Shown one piece after another: positions 1 to 14,685 of a stretch of DNA of 64,000 nucleotides. The position numbers and the translations under genes were made by a program. This DNA comes from Octopus sinensis (Eukaryota). Under the pieces are notes generated by a model. It was not told the DNA's origin. It worked only from the letters and a program-made list of their open reading frames with translations, and searched no databases. How positions within the stretch are numbered: position 1 is the stretch's first letter; each line of letters begins with the position of its first letter. The stretch covers positions 174,530,001-174,594,000 of the forward strand of contig NC_042997.1 in assembly GCF_006345805.1 (NCBI RefSeq), given 5' to 3'.

Positions 1-517
1 GTTGTTGTTTATCAGCTCAGGTATGCACAATCCTATTGTGATAGAAGTTTCGGCCGTGACCCTCATTATTATAATTTTGTTGTTTCTGTAGTTGATATTT
101 CTGGTAGGTCGAGAGGTCTCGTAAAAGTTCTATCGTTGGCTCGTTGGCTCGTCACCATTTATTCTGCGAAAATTGCCTCTTCCGTAAATATTCTGAAGTT
201 GTTCTTACAATTTGGCATTAAAGTCCAGATCAGCTCCCACTTCCATCGAATTTATGCTTCCTAAAATTTACTTAGAACATCTCATTGTTTATTGTTTTCA
301 AGTTATTGCCTGCTTAATCTCAGTTGACCTCAGTTTTCCTACTCACTATATTGCTGATACCAACTCTTCCTTATGTGTATTTATTACGCTGGACGCTTCC
401 TAATATAATGCCTTTGAGCACTTAGTATAATTTTTAACTTAGTATAACTGGCGTACCAGTACGTTACCACACCAGGCGATTTGGTGCAAATATTTCACAA
501 GAGTTACGTTTTTTGTA

Positions 518-945
518 TCTTTTAACTTTTACTTGTTTCAGTTATTTGACTACGGCCATGTGGGAGCACCGCGTTGAAGGATTTTAGCTAAACAAATCGA
601 CCTCAGGACTTTTTTAAAGCTTGGTACTTAAAGTTAAGTCCTAGTAAGGAATTATTCCCTCGACATAATGCACTTGAACTAAACTGGAATGTTACATAAC
701 TATCAGTCTCTTTTTGCCGAACTGCTAAGTTACAGAGACGTAAACACACTAACACCGGTTGTCAAGCGGGAATGAGGGACAAACGCAGACATAAATACAC
801 ACATCGACATATACGCATATATAAATATACGACCAGCTTCTGTTCAGTTTCCATCCACCAAATCCGCGCACAATGCTTGGTCTGCCCGAGGCAATAGTGG
901 AAGACATTTATCCAATGTGCCACGCAGTGGGACTGAACCCGTAAA
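518..945 (-). mobile_element. tRNA-derived SINE family B (internal microsatellite, (aaagagt)n-type tail), 5'-truncated
   Basis: Aligns to the intact copies at 39291-39708 and 50092-50514. Confidence 0.8.
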
Positions 946-1118
946 CGTTCACGTTATATGAAGTAAGTAAATTGTTAGAATGGGGAAGCATTTACGTTCA
1001 TGTATATCACTGGTTATTACTTATAACACATATACTTCATAATGTTATGCAGTAGTTCAAGAACTACTACGCTACCGTTTCTATTTTTTTAACCAATAAG
1101 AGTGACCGACTAGCTTAC

Positions 1119-1518
1119 AAACTATCTTTTTCTAGCTTCCATAAATAGCAGCTACACACATCTTTTTGTATTTTTCCAATGCCTGGATAAGATTTGTCAG
1201 ATAAAATTTCTCTCGGAAATTGCTTTTAGACGATTCACCGTATATAAGTTCTACGAACGATACCAGCCTTGCCTTCCCTGCTCTTTTTTTTTTTTTACTG
1301 CCACCATCGTTAGAAATGTTAAACTATCTTACTCTACCTTCCATAAATAGCAACTACACACATCTTTTTATATTTTTCCAACGCCTGGATAAGATTTGTC
1401 AGATAAAATTTCTCTCGGAAATTACTTATAGACGATTCACCGTATATAAGTTCTATGAACGATACCAGTCTAGCTTTCCCTGCTCCTTTTACAGCCACAA
1501 TCGCAAGAAATGTTAAAC
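1119..1518. repeat. Tandem duplication, two ~200-bp units
   Basis: Units start aaactatct at 1119 and 1321 and are highly similar throughout. Confidence 0.95.
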
Positions 1519-2526
1519 GCTGAGGCGGCAACTCAACTTCTCGTGTAATCTAGTAGCTAGATATCAAGACTGTAAAAATGAACAGACTCGAATAGAGAAG
1601 ATATACTTGCAGTGATACGGTGCTCTTTTATATGCAGACTTGCTGCTATCATATCCGATGCAACGTGCATATTTCTAACAATGCATGTGCACAGCTTAGT
1701 TTCTTTTTACTTAGTAACCGTCAAATACGCTGGAAAGGAATACTTGGATTCTAAAAGTCCAGACTAAACTGTCATGTCCAATTATTACGCTGACTTCTCC
1801 CAGACATAGTCAAGATGGTGTGTTAGAAGGTGAACGTGATATGAAAGACAAATTCAGTAGAAAACGGTTGTCGTCTCCACTAAGCTGATTAAAGGCGGCA
1901 CATGAGACACTGGACCCACTTTCACGAATGTTCTCCGATAGACGGAAGATAGTTAATGAAGATACAACTACGTAAGTGATGGCTGGAGAAGTTTATTTCC
2001 ATACTCTCTCTTTCTCTTTCTTTATCTCTCTCTTTTTCTCTCTTTCTATTTCTCCTCAATTCGCTCTTTTTCTCCCCCTTATTCTCTCCACGACAACTAC
2101 GGTCATTTTCTCTCAATTTTTCTATACGCTCTCTCAGTCTCCTTACCTCTATTTCTCTCACTCTCATATACACATAATCTCGCAGTCATTCATTCACTTT
2201 CTCTCTCTCTCTCTCTCTCTCCTCCATTCTCTCTACTTCTTGCGATAAAAGAAACAAAAGGAGATTATATAAAAGTATTCATATTTCATGTATGGTTTCT
2301 CTTATTGGGTTTTCTACTTTCACTTTAGTCATGTCTCCTTCTTTCACTAAGGATGTTTTAACATATCCGAATACATACAGTTGGAAAATAATTAAATCAA
2401 GCAAGTAGAGTTTGATGAAGGAAAAAAGCCGATCTTAAAGTGTAAATATGTGCATTTATCTGCAAAAGCATGTACTCTGTATGTTTGCATGTATTTACGT
2501 TTGCATAGATACAAGCATCATTGTAA

Positions 2527-4395
<1,869 letters not shown>

Positions 4396-7300
4396 TTGCC
4401 GTGAATATTGGGCTGTGAATATAGTTATTCGTCAAAATACATTAAGAAAATTAATTCTGAATCTCTACATTTACAGTTTCAAATACGTCTTGCTTTTGCA
4501 GTGTTTCGTAATGCACTGTGGTGGTTTAGCAAACCATTGAATATGAGTGATTTGAATATATTAACAAGAACTGGTCGGCCGCGTAAAGTATATTCAATCG
4601 AATCTCTCGCGAGTCAACATGGGATCCCTTGTCGACATTGTAAATTTCTTCTGATTAAGGTATCTTTCGCCAGACGAATAACTAGCAGATTACCCGTCGT
4701 TTGGATAACAACTGCATTCGTGATTCTTCTAGCTATGAAACATATGTAGCCTGAATTTTATCTACTCTAATATATATAAATATGGGAAATTTTCGCAGCT
4801 CTAATGTAATAACTACATATAATACACTGACTACATATACTTAATATATATGTTTCGTGTATTTTCCGCTGGCTGCAATAGCGTGGTGGAGTGTATATAC
4901 CCTCAAAGTGCATGGTGTTAAAATACCTCCCAATCATACATGGTAACTCACATTCAATCCCATTTGGGAGTGATGGACACCAGGTGCTTCGCCATTTTTG
5001 TGGCTTGTCAACATCGCGTAACCCCACCCCAGGTTTGAAGGCAAGTCACCTAGCCAATCCACGACTTAATGCACATGGCTTGGAAAACCATGGGCTGGCG
5101 TGATTGTAATTGTAGTTGTAATTATGAAGTCAAACCAAACAGTGATATTTTAAAATCATTTAATGCTTATTTTTCAGGTTTGCATAATATATAAGAAATT
5201 CATCAGTTACGTAAACCTTACTCAGTTAAACCATTTCAATATATGTGTGTGTTTCTCTGTTTGTGTATGTGTGTGTGTGTGTGTGTCTGTGTCTAACATA
5301 AATGTATTCACACACACCCCGAGTATGACTCAAAAATTTAAATATTAATAGTATTAATATAAACCCGCTTGCAACCGAAGTCATTTGAACATTTTAAGGT
5401 ACGTGTGTTCATTTCTGCACACTTCCCTCCTTCCTTGACACAGTCACCGCCGTTGGTTGTCACGGATAAGGGATTCCAGGCTAACGAGTCGTATCTTGCC
5501 AATTATAATGTCAGCCACTTGAACAACCCAAGCAGTTAAACGGGATATTCCTGGGCAATTGCATAGGATTAAACTGGACCGCATGTCAGATCAACGAATA
5601 TTCATCTATTCACTATCAAATGTTTCCAAACTATATAAAACAATATGTGTATATGGATCGGGATTTGCTTAGAAGCAAAGCACTGTACCAGAATTTTCGA
5701 CTCGAGCCAGTTTCAACAAACTGCTCGCAATCCTTATCAGAACAACCGCGTAAATGGAGTCAGAACAAACTAGTTTTGGTTTGCATCAATTCATCGAATT
5801 TGTAACAGTGATGTCAAACTAAATAATGATATTTTGGAAGCATTTAATACGTACGTTTCAGATCTTGCGTAATGTATAAGAAATATATCCCTTTACGTAT
5901 GTATTTCATATTACGGTTTGACTTCATTTATACGAATTAACGCCTCTGATGAAAACCCAATAAGGTTCGAAACCCGATTAAGGTTGTTCATTTTTTTCAG
6001 TCTGAATTCAAATTCAGCCGAGTTTGACATCGCCTTTCTGAGCTAATAAAATAAGTACTAGTTGAACACTTAAGTCGTTCTAATCGACTTATAACCGATC
6101 CCTGAAATTGCTGGCCTTGTGCCAAAATTTGAAACTAATATTGATGGGAAGAGTAGAATCATTACATATCGTCGCCAGTATTTGGCTGGTACTTTATATT
6201 ATTGCTTCACCCAACCCTCGTAATGCAAAGTCCATCCCAGTAATATTTGAATGCAGAGCTTAAATCGATATAACTAAATGCGTCAAGGCATTTTATCCTG
6301 CACTTTCACTCCACCAGCCTAGGAAATCAATATTAAAAAGAAGATAACCGTTGGAGTACGTTATTTTCTAATTAATACTGTAAACGTGTGATTTATTGCT
6401 GAAGTTTATTTTTAATTAAAGAAACATTCGGCAATTAAGCAGAAAGACGTATACGGGCGAGGGTAATTGATAAAAGGAAAGTTGTTTAATTTTCACATAA
6501 AATTTATTCAAACAACTTAAGTAATATTGATGTTTTCTCTCGATAACATAAGTAATAGCCTGGCTAATGCAGTGGGGTGTGTATTTATTCTATCAACACT
6601 ACAATAATGATAATAATTATTTATATTTCTCATTGATGCTTGATGTAATTTATAATTTACTGTTAAATCGGCTATATAAATATGGAGTGTTAAAAATGAA
6701 ACAAAAATATCACTACTACGACGGTGACACTTTTTTATTATATTTAAGCGATATACGCGCTGTTTGAGGCAGTCTCACATATATTATACTACTGTTGCTT
6801 TAGGCGAATCTCTTACGCCAAAGCGTCGAGTAGTTCAAAATCTTGTCAAGTGAATGTTGGCTAAAAAGAAATTGTGTGGAAAGCTATCTGATAGATTATG
6901 CATGTCCTTAGGTAGTAGGCTTTATTTATCTCTAGATTTAACACTATCGCCTGGCCGTTTCCTGTCTTCAGCGAACTCTTACTCAGTTGTGAGGATTTGT
7001 ATCAGATCTAAAAGAAGGCGATAGAGGCGCTGAGTCATACTACACTAAGCCCACTGAGCCAGCGGGAAAAGCTCTATGTGAGTTTTTCAGTCTGCTGGAA
7101 ATAACAACCAAATCTCCCTACCCACCATCAAACCTCACTGTCTTACAAAAGAGAAGATACTAAGATAATACAATCATAGATACTCTAAATCTGAGAACAA
7201 TGCGATAGTCAAGGCTGGAAAGCCTTTGATTATGGAGATGCTTAAAGGGCTTAGGGCTAAATACAACAGAGGATTTGGTGTAGTGCTTTCTTCCTCTTTC

Positions 7301-7396
7301 CATTATCAACTTTGGGGTCGTACAAGTCATGGGCATTTTCTGTAGCTTTCTTATGTTCGCACGATCCCTTTCTGTCCTTTCAACTACTCCATATTC

Positions 7397-7492
7397 ACTA
7401 CACCCGGCGTTGCTCGGGTTTGTTTCGACCCTAATTTGCATTATGTAGCTTATTCTGTTTAAGTGAACATTTTTCTGGTTGAAATACACGTG
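7397..7492 (-). mobile_element. Helitron 3' fragment related to 34115-34501
   Basis: Reverse complement gtgtatttcaaccagaaaaatgttcacttaaa...agggtcgaaacaaacccgagcaacgccggg. Confidence 0.75.
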
Positions 7493-8222
7493 AGTGGTTA
7501 ACTGCAACTCTGGGTCTGTGATCACTTTTTCATTCAAATGATAGTAGGTTTACACATATACATACGAGTGTGTATACGCACAAACACAAGAAAAATTATG
7601 GTTAAAGATAACAGAAAAAAACATAAGGAAGTATACAAAGCATAAAAACCACGTACATACACGGATAAGCCCCTATGCACTCATACACACACACACACAC
7701 ACACGCACATATTTATATACGCATACATACACACGCATATACAAAAATTGAACGCCAAGAAAACCAACAGTTGCAGGTTTTCGGAGTTGCAGAGAACTCG
7801 TTGAAAAGGTTATATGCATGTAACGAAAGACTGACAGAACAAAGAATTAAAATTAATGAATAAATCAGCAAAAGCCGCTGTTTTTTTTTTTTTTTTTCTT
7901 GTAGACTGGCTCCCAGAATACAGCAATATAAACATATTGTCTTTCTGAAGCAGACAACATAAAACACCTAAATGTATTAATTTACACACATTGCTATCAT
8001 TCTATGAAAACTGTTTCCTATCACTGATAACACTTGCTGTCTATTATTGCAATAATATTTACTTTCGCAAAGCAGTAGAACAATTATTTTCATTTATTAA
8101 ATCAATTGTACTGAAAACGCATGGCCATCGGAATTTTCTCTAGAATTTCAATATTTATTTTATCAGCAGTTATATTTCGAAAGATAAAATCGACATCATG
8201 AAGAAGATTCTTCTATCATACC

Positions 8223-8638
8223 TATTTCTTTACTACCCACAAGAGGCTACAGACAGAAAGGACAAACAAGGACAGACAAACGGATTAAGTCGATTATATC
8301 GACCCCAGTGCGCAACTGGTATTTATTTAATCGACCCCGAAAAGATGAAAGGCAAAGTCGACCTCGGCGGAATTTGAACTCAGAACGTAGCGGCAGGCGA
8401 AATACCTATTTCTTTACTACCCACAAGGGGCTAAACACAGGGGAGACAAACAAGGACAGACAAACGGATTAAGTCGATTACATCGACCCAGTGCATAACT
8501 GGTACTTAATTTATCGACCCCGAAAGGATGAAAGGCAAAGTCAACCTCGGCGGAATTTGAACTCAGAACGTAGCGACAGGCGAAATACCGCTAAGCATTT
8601 CGCCCGGCGTGCTAACGATTCTGCCAGCTCGCCGCCTT
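8223..8638 (-). mobile_element. tRNA-derived SINE family A, head + two ~184-bp units
   Basis: A box tggcagaatcgtt and B box gagttcaaattcc. Unit repeated. 15-bp TSD agattcttctatcat (8205-19, 8642-56). Confidence 0.92.
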
Positions 8639-9208
8639 GATAGATTCTTCTATCATCCCATCTAACATACCAGAAAATGTTTCTTCCTTCGCCGACGAAG
8701 GATACTGTCCAACGCTTTTGACTCTCCACCTCCTCCTGAGAAAACAATGTAGTCTTCTCTGTGATCTGCTACAGACCCAAAGATTTTGAGTAGAACTGAA
8801 CAGACGGACATAGTAAAAGTCCTCAGTATACTTATTATAAAACAAATTTCTAGCCTTCGTATATACCGTGTCAAGCTTTTTTCTTCTCTTTTTCAGTTGG
8901 ATTTACATGGGTGATGCATGTATCCGTGGAATACTCATTTACTTACGCTACAATTCAATGAGTATTCTATATGTTTAACTAAGGCGATGGAATGACAGAA
9001 TTATTATAGCAAAGGGGTGTATTTGTTCAGGTTCATTACGTTCTGATTTTGGATCACCCCGCGGTCGCCTTCGTCTTTCAACCCTTCGGTATTGGTAAAA
9101 TAAAAATTAAAAAATAACAAATACAGTCAAGTACTGGGTTTGATATAATCTATTGCTTCCCTCCAGATATTTTAATCTTTATGTTTTATGTTATAAACAA
9201 TTATTATT

Positions 9209-9660
9209 TAGGATCGTGAACCTGGTAAGCAGAATCGTTAGCAAGCCGGCCAAAATGCTTAGTGGCATTTCGGCCGTCCTTATGTTTTGAGTTCAAATTT
9301 CGCTGATGTCTATTTTGCCTTTTATCCTTTCAAGGTCGATAAAACAAGAACCACTTGAAAACTGGGGTCGATGTAATCGATTTAGCCAGTCCCCCCCGAA
9401 ATTGCTGGCCTGGTGCCAAAATTTGAAGCCATTATTTAGGTTTGTGAAAGTGGAGAGCTGGTAGAGTCGTTAGCACGCCGAACAGAAATGTTTAATGGTC
9501 ATTTTTTTTTGTGGCTCAACGTTCCGAGTTCAAATTTTGCTGCGGTCGACTTTGCCTTTCATCATTTCGGTTCCATAAAATAAATAGCATTTCAATGCTC
9601 GTGTCAATTTAATCAACTGGCTCGCTCTCCGAACATTTAGCATTTGTACCTATAGTAGAA
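9209..9660 (+). mobile_element. Two adjacent family A SINE monomers with the alternative tail (ccccgaaattgctggcctggtgccaaaatttga)
   Basis: Heads at about 9225 and 9452 and the shared ttcatcctttcggggtcgataaa-like core. Related copies lie near 6000-6130, 10040-10170, 16780-16945, 42665-42870 and 61880-62108. Confidence 0.75.
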
Positions 9661-10174
9661 TGAATTATTTAAGGGGTTATTTGGCAGAATTGTAAGAGAT
9701 TCGGATACTGAGTAAGTTATTCTGTTGATTGAGCAACTAGAAATTCATCATCAGCATTCTTTGAAGGATTCGTATAGATACAATATAGATATATTTCCAT
9801 GCAAACTGTGGACCCGATCTTTGCAAACTACTCATATCACATTATGCTGTGTATACTACGCATCGTGTATTTTACGTTACCAGCTACACACAACATATAT
9901 AGCATTAGAAACACTGCAGTCAACATGCTGTTAGTTATAGCGATTTATTAAAATAAATTTCATTTTCGATTTACATAAAATTTTACACTTATATCATGAG
10001 GATTGTGACCATCAAGGGTACAAGAAGTGAAGTTAAGAGGAGGGGAATAATACTTTATATCAATTTCCAGTAGAGTGTTACTTAATTTTATTGACACTGC
10101 TGATATGAAAGGCAACGTTCGTCTAGGTAGGATTTGAACTCAAAACGTAAATAGTCGGAAGAAATGTCATGAGG

Positions 10175-10469
10175 TTTTTTGTTTGTTCTTTCTCGAGCCA
10201 TGCCTGGCTCATTAGGGCCGGTTTCCGGGTTTCCTTGGCGTATAGGTTCCCCACCGGTCCGTCGCAGGTGAGCTGCAAGATGCAGGAGGAAAGTGTGAGA
10301 GAAAGTTGTGGCGAAAGAGTCAGCAGAATTTCCCGATTACCTTCTGCCGGAGTGGCATGGAGCTTAGGTTTTTCGCTCATAAACACACACATCGCCCGGT
10401 CTGTGATTCGAACCCATGATCCCTCGACCGTGAGTCCGCTGCTCTAACCAATAGGCCATGTGCCTCCAC
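10175..10469 (-). mobile_element. tRNA-derived SINE family D
   Basis: Head tggcctattggttagagcagcgg...gggttcgaatc, GC-rich body and A-rich tail aaagaacaaacaaaaaa. Confidence 0.8.
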
Positions 10470-10597
10470 CAATATTTAATAGCAGCTGAGCAAGAAGAAA
10501 CTCGCAATAGATGCATTATCAGTTTGATAAATTTCTTAGAATATGTCTAAGTGACTCAAATGAGTTTTATTCATATTTATTCATATTTATTCAAATA

Positions 10598-10985
10598 GAA
10601 CTCGGAATCTTGGGGTTAGAAGCCCACGCTCTTAACCACTACGCCATATACCCGTGGATATGCGTAGTGGTTAAGAGCGCGCTACTAAATCCAAGATTCC
10701 GAGTTCGATTCCAAACAGTGATCTGAACAAAAACAACAACAACAACAACAATAATAATAATAATAATAATAATAACAACAACGATAACAACAACAACAAC
10801 ATCGAAAAGTACCTTAGGAATGAGAACCCAGGTTAGAAATTTTCCCAAGACACGTGAAAAAGCTTGGAGGGTATATCAGCCGAAACGTAGTGTTAACAAC
10901 AAACAAGATGAGGACAAATATCCGTCGAATGTAAATAATGTACATAATGTACATAATTCCTCATCTCTTGAATATAGAACTGGAG
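10598..10985 (+). mobile_element. tRNA-headed SINE family E with (AAC/AAT)n linker, preceded by an inverted partial copy of its own head
   Basis: gcgtagtggttaagagcg...gagttcgattcc head at about 10660-10712; mirror copy at 10598-10650. Confidence 0.7.
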
Positions 10986-11214
10986 TAAATAAATACGTTT
11001 TAATGCAAATATGAAAGACGGAAGGGGAAAATGAAGATATGAATGTCTTTCTGTTCTTCTTTTCGTTTTTCTTTTTCTTCTGAAACTCTATCTACTGGTG
11101 GTGGATAAATATAATGATATGTCTAACCGTTTATCTATAGCTGTTTGCTATTAATCATGGACTAACTGCTATTTAGTAGCGGGTCATTTGTAATTTAGTA
11201 GACCTATCTATTAT

Positions 11215-11772
11215 ATTTTACTTGTTTCAGTCATTGGACTGCAGTCATGTTGGGACAATGCTATGAACGGTTTAGTCGTACCAATCAAACCCTCCGTAAT
11301 TATTTTTCTTTTTAAACCTAGTATTTATTCTATCCGTTCTTTTGCCGAACTGCTAAGTTACGGGGACGTAAACAAATCAACACCGGTTGTCAAGCAGCGA
11401 CAGGGGACAAACACATACATACACAAAGATACGCACGTTTAAGTTCTGAGACCCCTTCGGTCACGACACAGACCATGAGATTGCGCCCAGAAAGTCCGGG
11501 CAAGGTTGTTTATGGAAGACCAGCAGTCGCCCATGCATACTCTCCATGCCACGATGTTATCCAAGGGAAAGGCAAAGGGGTCGATACAGCTTGGCACCTG
11601 TGACGTCGCAACTTATTTCTACAGCTGAGTGAACTGGAGCAACGTGAGATAAGTGTCTTGCTCAAGAACACAACACGCAGCCCGGTCCGGGATTCGAGCT
11701 CACAACCTCACGATCGTAATCTCGACGCTCTAACCACTGAGCCATGAGCCTTCACATGTCTAAGTATATACC

Positions 11773-11855
<83 letters not shown>

Positions 11856-12030
11856 CGTGTGCGTGTATGACGGGCTTCTTTCAGTTTCCGTTTATCAAAT
11901 CCACCCACAAGGTTTTAGTTGACCGGGGGTGATAGTAGAAGATACTTACCAAAGGTACCACGCAGTGGGACTGAACCCGAAACTACATGGTTGGGAATCA
12001 AGCTTCTTAACCACACAGCCACCCCTGCGA
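11215..12030 (-). mobile_element. SINE family B split by a family C SINE
   Basis: 3' half at 11215-11436; (CA)n(TA)n linker and head at 11765-12030. Confidence 0.8.
11437..11753 (-). mobile_element. tRNA-derived SINE family C
   Basis: Head tggctcagtggttagagcg...gagctcgaatcccgg, core gttcttgagcaagacactt. Partial relatives at 37200-37497 and about 62270-62400 (both minus). Confidence 0.85.
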
Positions 12031-12102
12031 TATGGTCAATAGCATTCTAGCGATGATAATTCCTTCATTTGGTATACCTGTGATTAACTTTCAACCCAGC
12101 CT

Positions 12103-12142
<40 letters not shown>

Positions 12143-12772
12143 TGTGCACGTTAAAGAAAATAAGATATTGTCTAAAGGAAACATAGCTATTATTTCTCCC
12201 ATGTCGAGAGACCACATAGACGGTTTCCTCGTTGGAGCGTTTTATCTACACTAGATATACTTCCTCAGTTAAGTGTGGAATGTTCATGTCTTGACTGACC
12301 TATGTGCATTAGATGAAACTTGTCGTTTAGTTGCAGTCTACGAGATTATTTGATTTATACAGTAACACCGATCACGACTAGTAAGTAAATAAAGCTGACA
12401 AACAATAATATTCCGATGCTGATTGTCTAATATTAGATTTGACAACATGTGTTACAAGGAGGATGGATAGATTTCTTTCTATGAATAAATTCAATATGGC
12501 CACCGCTTTTCAGTTGATCAAGAGCGAAGTGTTTAACATGTAAAGGGAATTGTGAAACATCAAATATTGTCCCCTATCTTGTTTCGTATCATAAAAATAA
12601 GTGATATTAATTCTATTTCTGCTTGCTATTGGGGAAATGTTTTTGTTTTTTTTAGTCATTTATTTTTGCTTTGTGTGTGTGTATGTGTGTGTGTGTGTGT
12701 TTGTTGCTGTGTGTTGGTGGTGGTTCAGAGTTACTGTTGCGCTTGTAATAGTAGTAGTGACGGTGGCGGGAA

Positions 12773-12805
<33 letters not shown>

Positions 12806-12867
12806 CAGCGGCGTCATCATCATCATCATCAGCAGCAGCAGTAGTAGTAGTAGTAGTAGTAGTTGTT

Positions 12868-12903
<36 letters not shown>

Positions 12904-12904
12904 A

Positions 12905-13175
12905 TTGATGTTTTACCCCCAGGACTTAAATATGTTGCACAAATAAATGACCAAAGGTATTCCGACCATGACCCTCTCGTATGTGTAGAAGGTATCAGAG
13001 ATTACACCATCTAACGTGTCCTTTCTTTTCCCAAATCAGTAGCGTTGGGGAATTCTGATCAGGCAGACATAGGAAAAAGGTGCATTCCAGCCGTGACAAT
13101 CTCATCTTTTCCCACTGTGTTTAGATCCTGTAACCACATTATCCAAATAAGTACTTTTTCAAAGACGGTGCTACA
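12905..13175 (+). repeat. Old interspersed family F (caaagg-attcc-gccgtgacc core)
   Basis: Two degenerate tandem units here. Similar segments at 1-120, 16110-16330 (+) and 6990-7160, 22690-22790, 31690-31890, 33490-33680, 62700-62790 (-). Cross-alignment by eye only. Confidence 0.5.
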
Positions 13176-13254
13176 AAATTTCAAAAAAAAAAAAAAAATT
13201 AGCTACTATTTCTAACTGCAATAACGCCCTCTTAGGGGCTCCCTCATGAGTCCC

Positions 13255-13415
13255 TAGTAGTAGTTGTAGTAGTAGTAGTAGTATTAGTAGTAGTGTGGTG
13301 GTGGTAGTGGTAGTGGTGGTGGCAGTGTTGTTGTTAGTAGTAGTAGTAGTGATAGTGGTGGTAGTGGGGGTGGTGGTAGTGGGGGTGGCAGAGCTGTTGT
13401 TGTTAGTAGTAGTAA

Positions 13416-13455
<40 letters not shown>

Positions 13456-14685
13456 GGTGGTGGTGGTAGTGTTAGTAGTAGTGGCAATGTAGTGATAGTG
13501 ATGATAGAAGTAGCAATAGTAGCAGCAGCAGCAATGGCGATAGTGGCGATAGTGGCGATAGTAATAGTAGTAGTGGTAGTAGTAGTAATAGCAGCAGCAG
13601 TAGTAGTAGCTGCAGTTGATTTTACTGTTGTAGTTGTTTTTATATCTTGACCAGCTAGATTATTAATAGTGATAGATGTACTATCCACTATTGATATCAA
13701 ATGATATCAGTGGTAGATCATAATTAGATTTCGTCCATAATGTATTCTATGGATACTTGTCCCGAACGTAGATGCTGAGTATGATAAATGATAAATCCTA
13801 CACCTTCACCTCACCTCACTGCCACCGCCGATTATTGCGATCATAAATGTCACCATCTGTAAATATAAAGATGTCTCCGAAGACAAACGGTCAACATAGT
13901 TTTGGCCTTTTTCTATATTCATTCCCTTCTTCATCTTCTCCTCCAACTTCTTCTTTTTCTTCTTTTTCTTCTTCTTCTTCTTCTTCTTCTTCTCTTCTTC
14001 TTCTTTCTTCTTCTTCTTCTTCTTTATTTTTCTTCTTCCTCTTCTTCTTTATCTTCTTCTTCTTTTGCTTCTCCTGTCTCTTCTCCTTTTTTTCTTCTCT
14101 CTTTCTTCCTCTCTCTCCCTCTCTTTTTCATCTTCTTTTTCTTCTCCATCTTCTTCTTCACCTTCTTCTCTTCTTCTTTTTCTTCTTCTTTTGCTTCTCC
14201 TGTCTCTTCTCCTTTTTTTCTTCTCTCTTTCTTCTTTTTCTTCTTCTTCTCTCTTCTTCTTCTCCCTCCTCTCTTCTTTTTCTTCTTTTTCTTCTCCATC
14301 TTCTTCTTCACCTTCTTCTCTTCTTCTTTTTCTTCTTCCTCCTCCTCTTCTTCTTCTCCCTCCTCTCTTCTTTTTCTTCTTTTTCATCTTCTTTTCCCTT
14401 CTCTTTTCCTTCATCATCTTTTTTTCTTTTTCTTTTCCTTCTTCTTCTTCTTCTTCTTCTTCTTCTTCTTCTTCTATGCGTCCTTTACTTTTTCATTTCC
14501 TTTTCTTTCGTAATTTTTCTTTTCTTCTAAGCCTTCATCTTTACTTTGTCACTTCTTTTTTTTATTCATGTTGTCCTCCTCCTCCTCTTCTTCTTCTTTT
14601 TCTTCTTCTTCTTCTTCTTCTTCTTCTTCTTTCTTCTTCTTCTTCTTCTTCTATTTCTTTTTCTTCCTCTTCTTCTTCGTCCCCA
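13255..14685. repeat. (TAG/TGG)n tract (13255-13620) and ~760-bp (TTC)n polypyrimidine tract (13925-14685)
   Basis: Directly visible. Confidence 0.95.

Noticed and set aside
1334-1531. Possible CR1 RT similarity (SNFREKFYLTNLIQALEK)
   Set aside because: Too weak by eye, with no neighbouring RT motifs.
4408-4749. 113-aa ORF with GRPRK (AT-hook-like) and CxxC
   Set aside because: Starts at TTG, has a weak donor and shows no further family signal; the short motifs are expected by chance.
5399-5443. GT...AG mini-intron with a strong pyrimidine tract
   Set aside because: 45 nt is very short, and the downstream frames stop or have no recognisable product.
8560-12030. tRNA genes
   Set aside because: The A/B-box sequences run into SINE bodies and lack complete cloverleaf acceptor stems.
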